Assembly: GCA_016906335.1 (NCBI GenBank)
Contig: JADEYG010000003.1
Location: 1,674,001-1,738,000, forward strand
Origin: Novakomyces olei
Taxonomy: Eukaryota
Direction of reading: 5' to 3'
Length of the DNA stretch: 64,000 bases
Positions 49,669-60,287 of this stretch are shown here, piece by piece. Both the position numbers and the translations under genes were made by a program. A model generated the notes under the pieces. That model searched no databases, was not told the origin of the DNA, and saw only the letters and a program-made list of their open reading frames with translations. How positions within the stretch are numbered: the stretch's first letter is position 1; each line of letters begins with the position of its first letter.

Positions 49669-50385
49669 GCTCCGGTATTTCTCGTATGTTGGCTGTGCTT
49701 AAATAAGCCAGGTCATTAACATTATATTCAACATTTATTCGCTTTTTATCCGCATAGATTTTTGATAAATCATGTGCTGTTCTGATAGCATCTTGACAAA
49801 GAATTTTGTTGGCCTCCAGAGTGTTTATAAAAGAGGAAGTATCTTTGTTCGGTGTTTCGGGCATTGATAAGTCAGTAAGACTACGTGGAATGTAGCCAAG
49901 ATCCGCCTCAAAGGGTGTCATTGATATGGCGGAGTGTTGGCTTGAAGAGTAAAAGAATTCGGCAAACGATAATAATGTGTGCCAGCTGAAGTTCTTTTTA
50001 TTGGCATAAATGAAAAGACGAAGATAGTCTTCCAATACACGATTTGTGCGTTCGGTTTGACCGTTGGACTGTGGGTGATAGCTTGATGATGGCTTCAGTT
50101 TGATTTGAAGAGTTTTTGTAAGTGTCTGCCAAAATTCAGACATAAATCTTACATCTCTGTCACTTATTATTGCAGTTGGTAAGCCGTGTAGACAGAAATT
50201 CTTTCCAGAAATAGCTGTGCAGTTCCTTGTGCTGTTATAGTTGTGTGCGTGGGCCAGAAATGAGCTCTTTTGGTTAGACGATCAACTATGCAAATTATAG
50301 CATCAAACTTTCGAGTCCCCGAAGCTGGTAGTCCAGTGATAAAGTCCATGCCTATTGTTTGCCATCGATTACTCGGTATATCGAG

Positions 50386-51030
50386 TTAGGGTTAGTTAGG
50401 GTTAGGGTTACTAATGGTGAAATTTAGGTAGGGTTGGGCAAAAACTTGGGGAAAATTTTTCGAGGTAGAAAATTTGAAATGCGATTCTTATACGGAAGCT
50501 TTGTATGGAGGTTGCTACGCGTCCAGTTATTTGTTGTGTAAACAAATAATGAGCGTTGCTATAAACAATGGTTTCCTTGGCAACGTATTGCTTATAGCTT
50601 GACGAAGACGCATCGTAAGCACCATTGACGGCAAGGGTAGGGTTGTTGGATTTATAAAATATAATTATTATACAATATGGGCTGCACATATTATAGTTAT
50701 CTGATAATATAATATAAATATTATAGAGAGAGCACCATAGTAATAGAGTATAATAAGAAATACGTCAGAAAAATAAGAAAAATTAAGAGTGTGTTGTCCA
50801 TGTGTAGAGGTGACAAAAAATCGAAAGAACAAGCGTTTTTACAAAAAGTATATGGTTGGAAAGAGGGGAGCAGTAGGAGTGTAAATATATATTTGTTTAC
50901 AAGATTGGATTAGTAGGTATAAAGATATAGGGCTTTAAAGATTCATAAAAAGCTCATGATGCCCCAGGATGTATTTTATGGGTCGTGTCTATTGTAATAA
51001 TTTATTGTAAAGTAATGTATGTATAATAAT
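50386..51030 (+). repeat. Telomere-like tract (TTAGGGTTAGTTAGGGTTAGGGTTA) plus repeat R copy 2
   Basis: Tract at 50386-50410 followed by a near-identical copy of 41211-41833. A further diverged partial copy starts at ~51207. Confidence 0.92.
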
Positions 51031-52620
51031 GTATGGCAGAGTAATATATGGTATAATAATCTATTGTAAAGTAATGTATGTATAATAATGTATGGTATAA
51101 TAATGCATTGTAATATAATGTATTGTATAGTAATGTATGTATAATAATGTATGGTATTATATTGTATTGTAAAGTAATGTATGTATAATAACACCTGCAT
51201 ATGTGATTGACGGCAAGGGTAGGGTTGTTGGATTTATAAATATAACATTGCTACACAAGATGGCCTGCATATATTATAGTAATGAGATAATATAATGATA
51301 GTATTAAAGAAAGAGCAACTAGATATTAGGAATGAGAATAACATTATAAAAATTGAGAAAAATTAAGTATATTAAAATAATGTATTATAATTTATTGTAA
51401 AGTAATGTATGTTATAAGGTAGAATAATGTACTGTAAAGTAATGTATGTATAATAATGTATGGTGGAATAATGTATGGAGGAATGTATTTATAATAATGT
51501 ATGTATAATAATGTATGGTGGAATAATGTATGGAGGAATATTGTATGGAGTAGTGTATAATAATATATGGCAGTATAATGTATGGACGAACAATGTATGG
51601 AGAAATAATGTAAGGAATGATAATGTGTGTTATAATAATGTGTGGTAGTATAATAATGTATAAGGCAGTTATTATAAGGCAGTTATTATATGGCAGTAGT
51701 TATTATAAGGCAGTTATTATAAGCAGTTATTATATGGCGGTTATTTGGCAGTTAATGTATGGGATCATAATGTATGTGGAATTAATAAGGCAGTTATTAT
51801 AAGGCAGTAGTTATTATAAGGCAGTTATTATAAGTAGTTATTATATGGCGGTTATTTGGCAGTTAATGTATGGGATAATAATGTATGTGGAATTAATAAG
51901 GCAGTTATTATAGGGCAGTTATTATAAGGCAGTTATTACATGGCGGTTATTTAGTAGTTAATTTATGGGATAATAATGTATGTGGAAGTAATATATGGAG
52001 GAATGGAAAGTATGGGATGATCATTATATCGCAGCTAATATATTGCGGTTTATTACACGGCAGTTGGTTATATAGCAGTTGCTACAAGAATAGCTATAAT
52101 TGCGTGATGTTTATTTGCTATGCTGAAGGTGCAAGTTCGTTCGCTCAATAATAGGATTAGTATTTGATTCAGCTCTAGTGTAGAAAATAAAGTTTATCAC
52201 AATTAACTTGTACGAAATTGTTTGCGTTTGATAAAATACAAAGTACATCAATTTTGGTTGTTGTAGATTATACAATGGATATGGGAAACGAGAGAGCCAA
52301 AAACTTAAATAGGTAGTAAAGTAAAATGTATGGGCAGGGCAGGGCAGGGCAGGGCAGATATCCGGTGGACAAATGCAGTTTTAAATATAGATATCTAGTG
52401 TTTCGATATCTGCGAATATATGGCAGTTGGTTATACGGTAGTTATTATATGGTGTTGGACATGTTAGTAATTTGTATGGTTCATTATCATGTGGCGATTA
52501 TGTATGTATAATAATGTATGGGGGAATAGTGTATTGCAGTTATTATATTGCAGTTATTATATGGCGGTTAATTATGTTGCGGTTAATATATGGCAGTTTA
52601 TTGTATGATAGTAATTATAT
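51000..52620. repeat. C-poor minisatellite (TAATGTATG / TATAATAATGTATGG / GGCAGTTATTATA units)
   Basis: Degenerate tandem units seen directly. Confidence 0.85.
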
Positions 52621-52708
52621 TGAATTTAATATTTGAATTAATATAAAATTATTATAAATTTGAATACTATTAATACTTAATGAAATTAAACTGATAATTG
52701 TATAAATC

Positions 52709-52863
52709 ATTATATTATATTATATTATATTATATTATATTATATTATATTATATTATATTATATTATATTATATTATATTATATTATATTATATTATAT
52801 TATATTATATTATATTATATTATATTATATTATATTATATTATATTATATTATATTATATTAT
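52709..52863. repeat. (ATTAT)n microsatellite
   Basis: About 31 perfect units. Confidence 0.95.
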
Positions 52864-53822
52864 AAAATATTATATAAAAAAAATTTGTATGGTACAGTAT
52901 CATATAGCGGTAAATGTATGGTATAATGTATGGGAATAGGCCAGCTAATATATGGCGGTTTATTATATTGACGTAGGCTTTGTTTATGCGGAGCTATTCT
53001 GACAATAAAAGTCGCATTTAGTAGAATTCAATTCAATTAAAACTATCCGAAGCAAAGTACATTTAGTTGTATTAAGCTAAGTCGTGTTAGTTAGAGAAGT
53101 TTAAACTTAGATCTTCGTTAAATGCGCGTAGGCGTGTTAGCCAAATCGTAAGCTTGTAGTCGCTGAAGGATGGAATTGGGGCATCATTCAGGCGGCTATA
53201 ACATGTTTTATCACTAAATAAAGAAAGATCAGACACAAAGGCATTGATACTGCTCATATCTGAGTGGCTTGCAACAGGCCCATACCAGTTAATTTTCTCA
53301 ACTGCCGCTACGTTTTGTTCTCCATTTTTCTTTTTCCGGGATGCAGCCAATGTATTATTGTCATATTGCGGAATTATCCATAGATATCTCGCCGCAGTTA
53401 TTGGCAAACGATCCATAAACATTTCAGCCCACACTGAACCAGCCTGAATTTTAAGAATATTATAAAGCTGTCTTGAAAGCACAACAAATCGCTCCTTGTC
53501 CCACGTAGCGCTTCCTCTCGTACGCCAATCAAATAACCCCTTCAGTTTACCGGTCCAAAGCATATTTTCGGGCGTGAGCTCTTTTCGAGAAACTCGTGAC
53601 TCTATCACACGAGGTAAAAATCCAAGCGCTTGCTGTATGGTTTTACAATCCATCCCAATTCGACCCTCGGCCATGTACTGACTATTCTCCGTATATGGCA
53701 AACAGTAATTGTCTTTCTTGGCTCTATCGTGAATTAAACGCCATATGTCGGCCATGTATTGTCCAATCACCATTTCGTGACAGATCTTCAACACTTTGGC
53801 ACGTTTTGTAGTTAGTGCACAG

Positions 53823-54214
53823 TGTTACGGTGCGCTATATGAGGCGCTAGCTAGCGCTGAAGATAGCGCTTTTACATCCTTTAATTTGTTTTGTTTCACT
53901 TTATTTTGTGTTACGACTTCTATTTTTAATTAGTTCTATTTATAACTCTTAGCTTCTATTTTTAGATAGCAACTTAGTTAGTTTAATTAGTTTAGTTTGA
54001 TTAGTTTCTCGGGCAAAGCCCCACGGAGCGTCATAAGAATGGGACACTCCCCTCTTATGTTCGCTACGTGTAATCAAATCTTGGTGTGCAATATTTTGGT
54101 TTTCTATTACTAGGTTCCCTACTTTCCACGTATCCTCAACAGAGCCAGCGTGAGATCTGGCATATTCACCTTATTGCACCTTTACGACTTTTTGGAAGTA
54201 AAGCCCCCATAACA
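53823..54214 (+). repeat. 5' LTR of element B
   Basis: Matches 59896-60287. Confidence 0.96.
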
Positions 54215-54252
54215 GTATTACACGTCCACGATTCTGATTCGAGGATACAACG

Positions 54253-55266
54253 ATGTCGGCAGCGGATTTTGAGCAGTTGAATAGGTTTCTTGAGCAAACC
54301 ACAGCGCGTTTGGAACGGCTGGAGAAAGAGAACCGCACTCTCGCTGACCAACTCGGTATCGCTAAGGGAACCGTGCAGGAACGAGGGTCGAAGGAGCCTA
54401 AAATGGCACCACCACCATTCTTTTCCGGCGAACGCTCGAAAACTGGTGAATTTTTGACCTGCGTGAGGATGATTATTGGCAGTCAACCAGATCGCTATCG
54501 CTCGGCGCGACAGCAAGTGATGTTTGCGGCGTCTTACCTTCGCGGAGCGGCTTTCAGATGGTTTGAGCCTCATGTGAGAAACGAAAATGAAGTTATTCTC
54601 GACGATTTTGATTGTTTTTGTGACACGCTCGAGAGGATGTTCGGAGACCGGGACGTCAAACGAACAGCAGAGCGAAGTATCCGTCTCTTGAGACAGAGAG
54701 GATCTGTATCTCAGTATGCGACTGAGTTTGAAAGATTGAAATCTTGGCTAACCTGGAACAATGATGCATTAGTTGCTCAGTTCTACGATGGGTTGAAAGA
54801 GAATATCAAAGATGAGTTGTCAAGGAGAGAAATGCCTGAACTTTTGGGCACCTTGATTGATGAATATGTGAAGATCGATGGCCGTTTGTTCGAGAGAAAC
54901 AAGGCTAGACAGCGATTTAGTTACAGTGAAAGGGAGTATGCAAGACCTCTGCATTGTGGAAGTACACCGATGGAGATTGACAATCTGATGACAAGACGGA
55001 TTGATGACGAAGAGACAAGCGTTAATTATGACGCTACCAAACGCCGATACTCGCGCCCGCAACAAACTGATACAAGAAACTATGGCGCTAAGTATGGCGC
55101 TATGGAGCGCAGTTCAAAGCCAAACCAGAGCAAGGACGTTACCTGCTATCGGTGCTACGAGAAGGGACATGTGTCCAAGAATTGCCAAGCGCCTTTTCCA
55201 AAGCAGTCGTTTACGAATGGAAATGTGCCAAGCAAGAAAGTACATGATTTAAAAGATCGGACCTAG
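54253..55266 (+). CDS. gag: Element B gag
   Basis: Motifs EPKMAPPPFFSGER, ASYLRGAAFRW, PMEID and zinc knuckle CYRCYEKGHVSKNC. Confidence 0.93.
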   Translation: MSAADFEQLNRFLEQTTARLERLEKENRTLADQLGIAKGTVQERGSKEPKMAPPPFFSGERSKTGEFLTCVRMIIGSQPDRYRSARQQVMFAASYLRGAAFRWFEPHVRNENEVILDDFDCFCDTLERMFGDRDVKRTAERSIRLLRQRGSVSQYATEFERLKSWLTWNNDALVAQFYDGLKENIKDELSRREMPELLGTLIDEYVKIDGRLFERNKARQRFSYSEREYARPLHCGSTPMEIDNLMTRRIDDEETSVNYDATKRRYSRPQQTDTRNYGAKYGAMERSSKPNQSKDVTCYRCYEKGHVSKNCQAPFPKQSFTNGNVPSKKVHDLKDRT

Positions 55267-58200
55267 AGACCGAGGTGGTGTCGCTAGGTGGTATTGAGCG
55301 AAAGCCACCAGATAAGAAACTGTCAAGCGGAAAGCTTGAAGTGTTATGCAAATTTGAAGAAAAGGAATTGCACGCTTTGCTAGATAGCGGTGCAGACGCA
55401 AATTTTATACATCCAAGAGTGATATGGCGTCTAAAGATTGAGACAAAGAGACTAGAGAGTCCTATTTTTGTGAAAGTAGCCGATGGCCGAGCAATGGCAT
55501 CTGGTCTAGTACGAAGAACGACCAAGGATATACCTATTGAAGTGCAAGGTATTAGGTCGACTGAGATTTTTTATGTGGCGCAAATTGGACACCATGATGC
55601 GATCTTAGGTATCCCATGGTTGACCAAGAACAATCCCAATATTGATTGGATTACAGGACGCCTGACGTTACGACAGCCTACGCTGGAATCTATTGAACTT
55701 AACAGTATAAACGAGATTATTCAAGACAGCGAGGATGACTGTCAGATTGGAAACGAGAAAATTGAATTGCCTCCAGAATATGAGGAGTTCAGAGATGTTT
55801 ATGAAGAACCAAAGAACGACGTGCTACCACCGCATCGATCGTACGACCACGAGATTGAACTACTGAAGGACGCAAAAATACCTTTTGGTCCCGTTTACAG
55901 TGTTAATCAGAAAGAACAAGAATACCTACGCGAGTACTTAAATGAGAACCTCGCGAAGGGATTTATTAAACGCTCTAAGTCACCGGCAGGAGCACCAGTG
56001 CTATTTGTGCCGAAGAAGAATGGAGAATTGAGATTATGTGTCGACTATCGGGGACTGAATAATATTACTATCAAAAACAAGTATCCAATTCCCCGGATTG
56101 ACGATTTGATCGACAAGCTAGCCGGAGCCAAGATCATGACAAAGATCGACTTGAGAGGTGCCTACAACTTGATAAGAATCAAAAAAGGTGATGAATGGAA
56201 AACAGCCTTTAGGACAAGATATGGCCACTTCGAATATCGCGTCATGCCCTTTGGACTGACGAACGCACCCGCGACATTTCAAGCTCTCATGAACGATGTG
56301 TTTAGAGACTTGCTTGATTACAAAGTTTTAGTATATCTTGATGATATTCTAATATTTTCAAAGGACAAAGAAACGCACGTGAAAGATGTTCAGGAAGTAC
56401 TACGACGCCTAAGAGCCAACCAGTTGTATGCAAAAGGCGAAAAATGCGAGTTTCATCGCACCAAAGTTGAATTTCTCGGCTTTATATTATCTACAGATGG
56501 AATATCAATGTGTGAAGAGAAACGAGATCCCATTCTGACTTGGGAAAGACCAAAATCAGTCCACGATGTTCAAGTGTTTCTTGGATTTTGCAATTATTAC
56601 CGAAGGTTTATCAAAGACTTTGCAAAGCTAGCGCTGCCGCTAACGCAGGCGCTACGAAAGAATAAAACATTCGAATGGACTGAAAGGCAACAAGGAAGTT
56701 TCGATGACTTAAAGAGTTGTTTTAAGAAAGACGTTATGTTGCGACATTATGACCCGTCAATGGAATGTATCCTAGAGACAGACGCTTCAGACTTTGCGCT
56801 GGGCGCTGCTTTGACGCAAGGACCAGAAGACCACCGTCGACCTGTGGCATTTATCAGTAGGAAGCTCACACCGGCCGAAGTGAACTACGATATCCACGAT
56901 AAGGAATTACTCGCAATTGTTTGGGCATTCAAAACCTGGAGACATTACCTCCAAGGTCACCCAAACCCAATAGTTGTCTACACGGATCATCGAAACCTAC
57001 AAACATTCAGAACTACAAAGCAATTGTCTCGAAGACAAGCAAGATGGTCTGAGATTCTGGCCGAATACGATTTTATTATAAGTTACCGAAAAGGAGCTGC
57101 TAATGGAGCCGCTGATGCCCTTAGTCGATGCTCCTCTCTAAACGATTTAAAGACTAATACATACGAACAAGAGCAAAACAGGATATTGCTCCCCGATGAG
57201 AAATTTACAGATACAAATTTGGAATTGAATGCGGCTGAGACGTTGGCCAACCAATTGCCAGAAGGAGTTTTAAAGGACTTTGTACCAGAAGAAAACAGAA
57301 AGGAAGTCCTGGCCAACGCACACGATCACCCGCTAGCTGGGCATTTTGGTGTAGCTAAGACTTTGGCTCTTGTGCAAAGACACTATACTTGGCCTGGAGT
57401 TGTCAGAGACGTTACTGACTACGTGAAAGCTTGTACTACTTGCAAAAGAAACAAAGTGAGTCGCCAAAAGAAAACAGGATTGTTGAACCCTTTGCCTACT
57501 GCCTCACGACCATGGATTTCTGTGTCGCTCGATTTTATTGTCAAATTACCAGAGTCCCAAGGGTACGACAGTATTCTTGTTGTGGTGGATCGATTCTCAA
57601 AAATGGTTCATCTTATCGCCTGCAAGGAAACAATTGACGCAAAAAGTTTGGCTAATTTGTTTCTTCGTGAAATTGTTCGACTACACGGTCTACCAGACGA
57701 AATTATATCAGACCGCGATCCAAGATTCGTCAGTAAATTTTGGACCTGCCTTACAGCGCAACTTGGCATAAAATTACACAAGTCTACGAGTCATCATCCA
57801 CAGTCAGATGGACAAACAGAAAGGATGAATCAGACTTTGGAACAGTATTTGAGATGCTACTTGAATTATTTACAAAACAACTGGATTCATTTGTTACCAT
57901 TTGCCGAAATCGCAATGAACAACTCTACGAGTGCAACTACGAAAGCCTCGGCTTATTTTACAAACTATGGATTTCAACCACGTTTTACGCTGACTCCTAC
58001 AATATCGGAGAATCCCTCAGCGAACAGTGTCGTTCAGGACTGGAACGAACATTTTAAAAGAATTATGGAAATGATTACGAAAAACTCTGAAAACATGAAA
58101 CGTTTTTACGACCGCAGAGTACGTCAGGGACCACAGTATCAATCTGGAGATTTAGTATGGATACGCAAGAAACACATCAGAAGCGATCGCCCCAGTGATA

Positions 58201-58595
58201 AATTTGATCACACTCATATAGGACCATTCAAAGTTCTCGAATCCGTTGGACGATCGGCTTACCGCATCGAATTACCGCACCACATAAAGATTCACAATGT
58301 GCTTAACGAGACTTTACTTGAGCCCTTTGTACCGGACCGATTCAACCGTGATCCAACTGATCAGATCGTACCAGATGTCCTACAAGAAGTTAATGAATAC
58401 GAAGTGGACTATATTGTTGATCACAAAGGAAGAGGCAAGAATATCCGTTACCTGGTTCACTGGAAAAACTACCCAGTGGAAGACCGAACATGGGAGCCAT
58501 ACACAAACCTCTCACAAGCACAAGGTGCTGTGTCCGACTATCATTCGCGACTTACCGATAGCGTTAACACTCGCGCTACAGAGCGCCATATATAA
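55248..58595 (+). CDS. pol: Element B pol (protease, RT, RNase H, integrase, chromodomain), in the -1 frame relative to gag
   Basis: Motifs LLDSGA, YLDDIL, TDASD, HHCC, SDRD, IGPF and chromodomain YEVDYIV...YLVHWKNY...TWEP. The frame opens at 55248. Confidence 0.95.
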   Translation, partial: FKRSDLETEVVSLGGIERKPPDKKLSSGKLEVLCKFEEKELHALLDSGADANFIHPRVIWRLKIETKRLESPIFVKVADGRAMASGLVRRTTKDIPIEVQGIRSTEIFYVAQIGHHDAILGIPWLTKNNPNIDWITGRLTLRQPTLESIELNSINEIIQDSEDDCQIGNEKIELPPEYEEFRDVYEEPKNDVLPPHRSYDHEIELLKDAKIPFGPVYSVNQKEQEYLREYLNENLAKGFIKRSKSPAGAPVLFVPKKNGELRLCVDYRGLNNITIKNKYPIPRIDDLIDKLAGAKIMTKIDLRGAYNLIRIKKGDEWKTAFRTRYGHFEYRVMPFGLTNAPATFQALMNDVFRDLLDYKVLVYLDDILIFSKDKETHVKDVQEVLRRLRANQLYAKGEKCEFHRTKVEFLGFILSTDGISMCEEKRDPILTWERPKSVHDVQVFLGFCNYYRRFIKDFAKLALPLTQALRKNKTFEWTERQQGSFDDLKSCFKKDVMLRHYDPSMECILETDASDFALGAALTQGPEDHRRPVAFISRKLTPAEVNYDIHDKELLAIVWAFKTWRHYLQGHPNPIVVYTDHRNLQTFRTTKQLSRRQARWSEILAEYDFIISYRKGAANGAADALSRCSSLNDLKTNTYEQEQNRILLPDEKFTDTNLELNAAETLANQLPEGVLKDFVPEENRKEVLANAHDHPLAGHFGVAKTLALVQRHYTWPGVVRDVTDYVKACTTCKRNKVSRQKKTGLLNPLPTASRPWISVSLDFIVKLPESQGYDSILVVVDRFSKMVHLIACKETIDAKSLANLFLREIVRLHGLPDEIISDRDPRFVSKFWTCLTAQLGIKLHKSTSHHPQSDGQTERMNQTLEQYLRCYLNYLQNNWIHLLPFAEIAMNNSTSATTKASAYFTNYGFQPRFTLTPTISENPSANSVVQDWNEHFKRIMEMITKNSENMKRFYDRRVRQGPQYQSGDLVWIRKKHIRSDRPSDKFDHTHIGPFKVLESVGRSAYRIELPHHIKIHNVLNETLLEPFVPDRFNRDPTDQIVPDVLQEVNEYEVDYIVDHKGRGKNIRYLVHWKNYPVEDRTWEPYTNLSQAQGAVSDYHSRLTDSVNTRATERHI

Positions 58596-58883
58596 CGCCC
58601 ACTATTCTATTATTTTATTATTATTCTTATCCGCACTATTATTACTATTATTCTTATTATCTCTTATTATGAGGATTATCATTTATTATGGAATTACTTA
58701 AATTCTTCTTACTATATGTTAGCGAAAATATACACAGCTTATATTTCGTTATAACAGATTTAATATATTATTAACTATGGTGCTTGCAACATTACTTATT
58801 GTCCTTATCCTCTGGGCGGGATCTTCGTTAAAAATATTTTCACGGCGCTACACACACGGTTACAGAACCCAATATCTAACGCG

Positions 58884-59885
58884 ATGACGGAGCTCACGCG
58901 TCCGAGAGAGGAGAGTGGCGAAGAGCCCAGTGGTCGGAAGCGCAGACAGCGCAACGGAGGTTCCTTTAGATGCGAAGTGTGCGATCAGCCCTTCTACTTC
59001 GCAAAGGATTTGAGAAAACACGAACGGTTGTTCCATTCGATCAACCTTACGGAAATCATCAATGGGTGGAAGAAGAATGCAGATCTGGCTGTCAACTACG
59101 ATATCGGTTTATTGGCTTTAAAACGCGCTTTCGAATCTCCGCATCAACTAATCGAAGTGGAGAAACAGGACCCGAAATTAACTATAGATCAGATCAATGA
59201 AGTGCTTCTGAAGGAGAGACAGTGTATTCTAATGAAAACTTATGCACGAACGGCCGATCCAGATCTGACAGTGACAAACTTTGTGACTAGCCTTATCGAC
59301 AGTACAAAGGAGAAGATTGCTATCTACAACATCAGTGGCGGAAACGAGCTTGTTCGGCCAGACAAGAGGCATGTTGGAATCTCGGATTTTTGGCTACACG
59401 CGATAACGCCCGCGTCTACCATCACCGACGTGCATGTGGACAACGTATTGCTCGGGCATACAATTTATTGTTTATCCGGGAAAAAGCTATTGCTTCTGTG
59501 GCCTGGTTCTGACTACAATCTGACACAGTTTGCCCCATACCATCGGGTAGGTGGAGATTTATACCTACCAAAGGCTATCAAGGAATTGCGCGATTTGAAA
59601 TTGGCTATATTGGAGACGGGGGATTTTGTCATACTTCCGGCGGGGTCACTTCATGCGGTGATCACCATTGAGACCTCGGTGATTACCGGTTATATGTTTG
59701 TGGACAAGTGCGCCGATTGGCAAAGACTAGCGTTTTGGGACGCGAAAGCTGCTCGCGATGATGATGCGGTGGCCGCAGTTTTTACGGAGCACCAGGAGGC
59801 CTTGGAGCTGCTATCCTCGTGCAACCTGCTCACCCCAAATATCGAAGAAAAGGTCAAGGCAGGAATTGAATATCTCGAGTCTTGA
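58884..59885 (+). CDS. C2H2 zinc finger + JmjC (Fe(II)/2-oxoglutarate dioxygenase) protein inside element B
   Basis: NLS-like RKRRQR; zinc finger FRCEVCDQPF...LRKHERLFH; JmjC TDVHVD...SGKKLLLLWP...GDFVILPAGSLHAVIT. Confidence 0.88.
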   Translation: MTELTRPREESGEEPSGRKRRQRNGGSFRCEVCDQPFYFAKDLRKHERLFHSINLTEIINGWKKNADLAVNYDIGLLALKRAFESPHQLIEVEKQDPKLTIDQINEVLLKERQCILMKTYARTADPDLTVTNFVTSLIDSTKEKIAIYNISGGNELVRPDKRHVGISDFWLHAITPASTITDVHVDNVLLGHTIYCLSGKKLLLLWPGSDYNLTQFAPYHRVGGDLYLPKAIKELRDLKLAILETGDFVILPAGSLHAVITIETSVITGYMFVDKCADWQRLAFWDAKAARDDDAVAAVFTEHQEALELLSSCNLLTPNIEEKVKAGIEYLES

Positions 59886-59895
59886 GGCGGGGTAG

Positions 59896-60287
59896 TGTTA
59901 CGGTGCGCTATATGAGGCGCTAGCTAGCGCTGAAGATAGCGCTTTTACATCCTTTAATTTGTTTTGTTTCACTTTATTTTGTGTTACGACTTCTATTTTT
60001 AATTAGTTCTATTTATAACTCTTAGCTTCTATTTTTAGATAGCAACTTAGTTAGTTTAATTAGTTTAGTTTGATTAGTTTCTCGGGCAAAGCCCCACGGA
60101 GCGTCATAAGAATGGGACACTCCCCTCTTATGTTCGCTACGTGTAATCAAATCTTGGTGTGCAATATTTTGGTTTTCTATTACTAGGTTCCCTACTTTCC
60201 ACGTATCCTCAACAGAGCCAGCGTGAGATCTGGCATATTCACCTTATTGCACCTTTACGACTTTTTGGAAGTAAAGCCCCCATAACA
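59896..60287 (+). repeat. 3' LTR of element B
   Basis: Matches 53823-54214. Confidence 0.96.

Larger units (their letters stand above)
53823..60287 (+). mobile_element. Full-length Ty3/Gypsy chromovirus, element B (6465 bp), with an extra ORF3
   Basis: Two 392-bp TGTTA...TAACA LTRs, TSD CACAG (53818-53822 and 60288-60292), PPT GAGGCGGGGTAG, and gag, pol and ORF3. Confidence 0.97.

Noticed and set aside
50976-52511. Y/I-rich ORFs (also 63353..63616); the array as a possible CRISPR
   Set aside because: Minisatellite read-through; no constant repeat with unique spacers, and the context is eukaryotic.
54086-54280. Antisense or overlapping short ORFs in LTRs and within long genes
   Set aside because: Shadows of real coding frames or LTR sequence, with no motifs.
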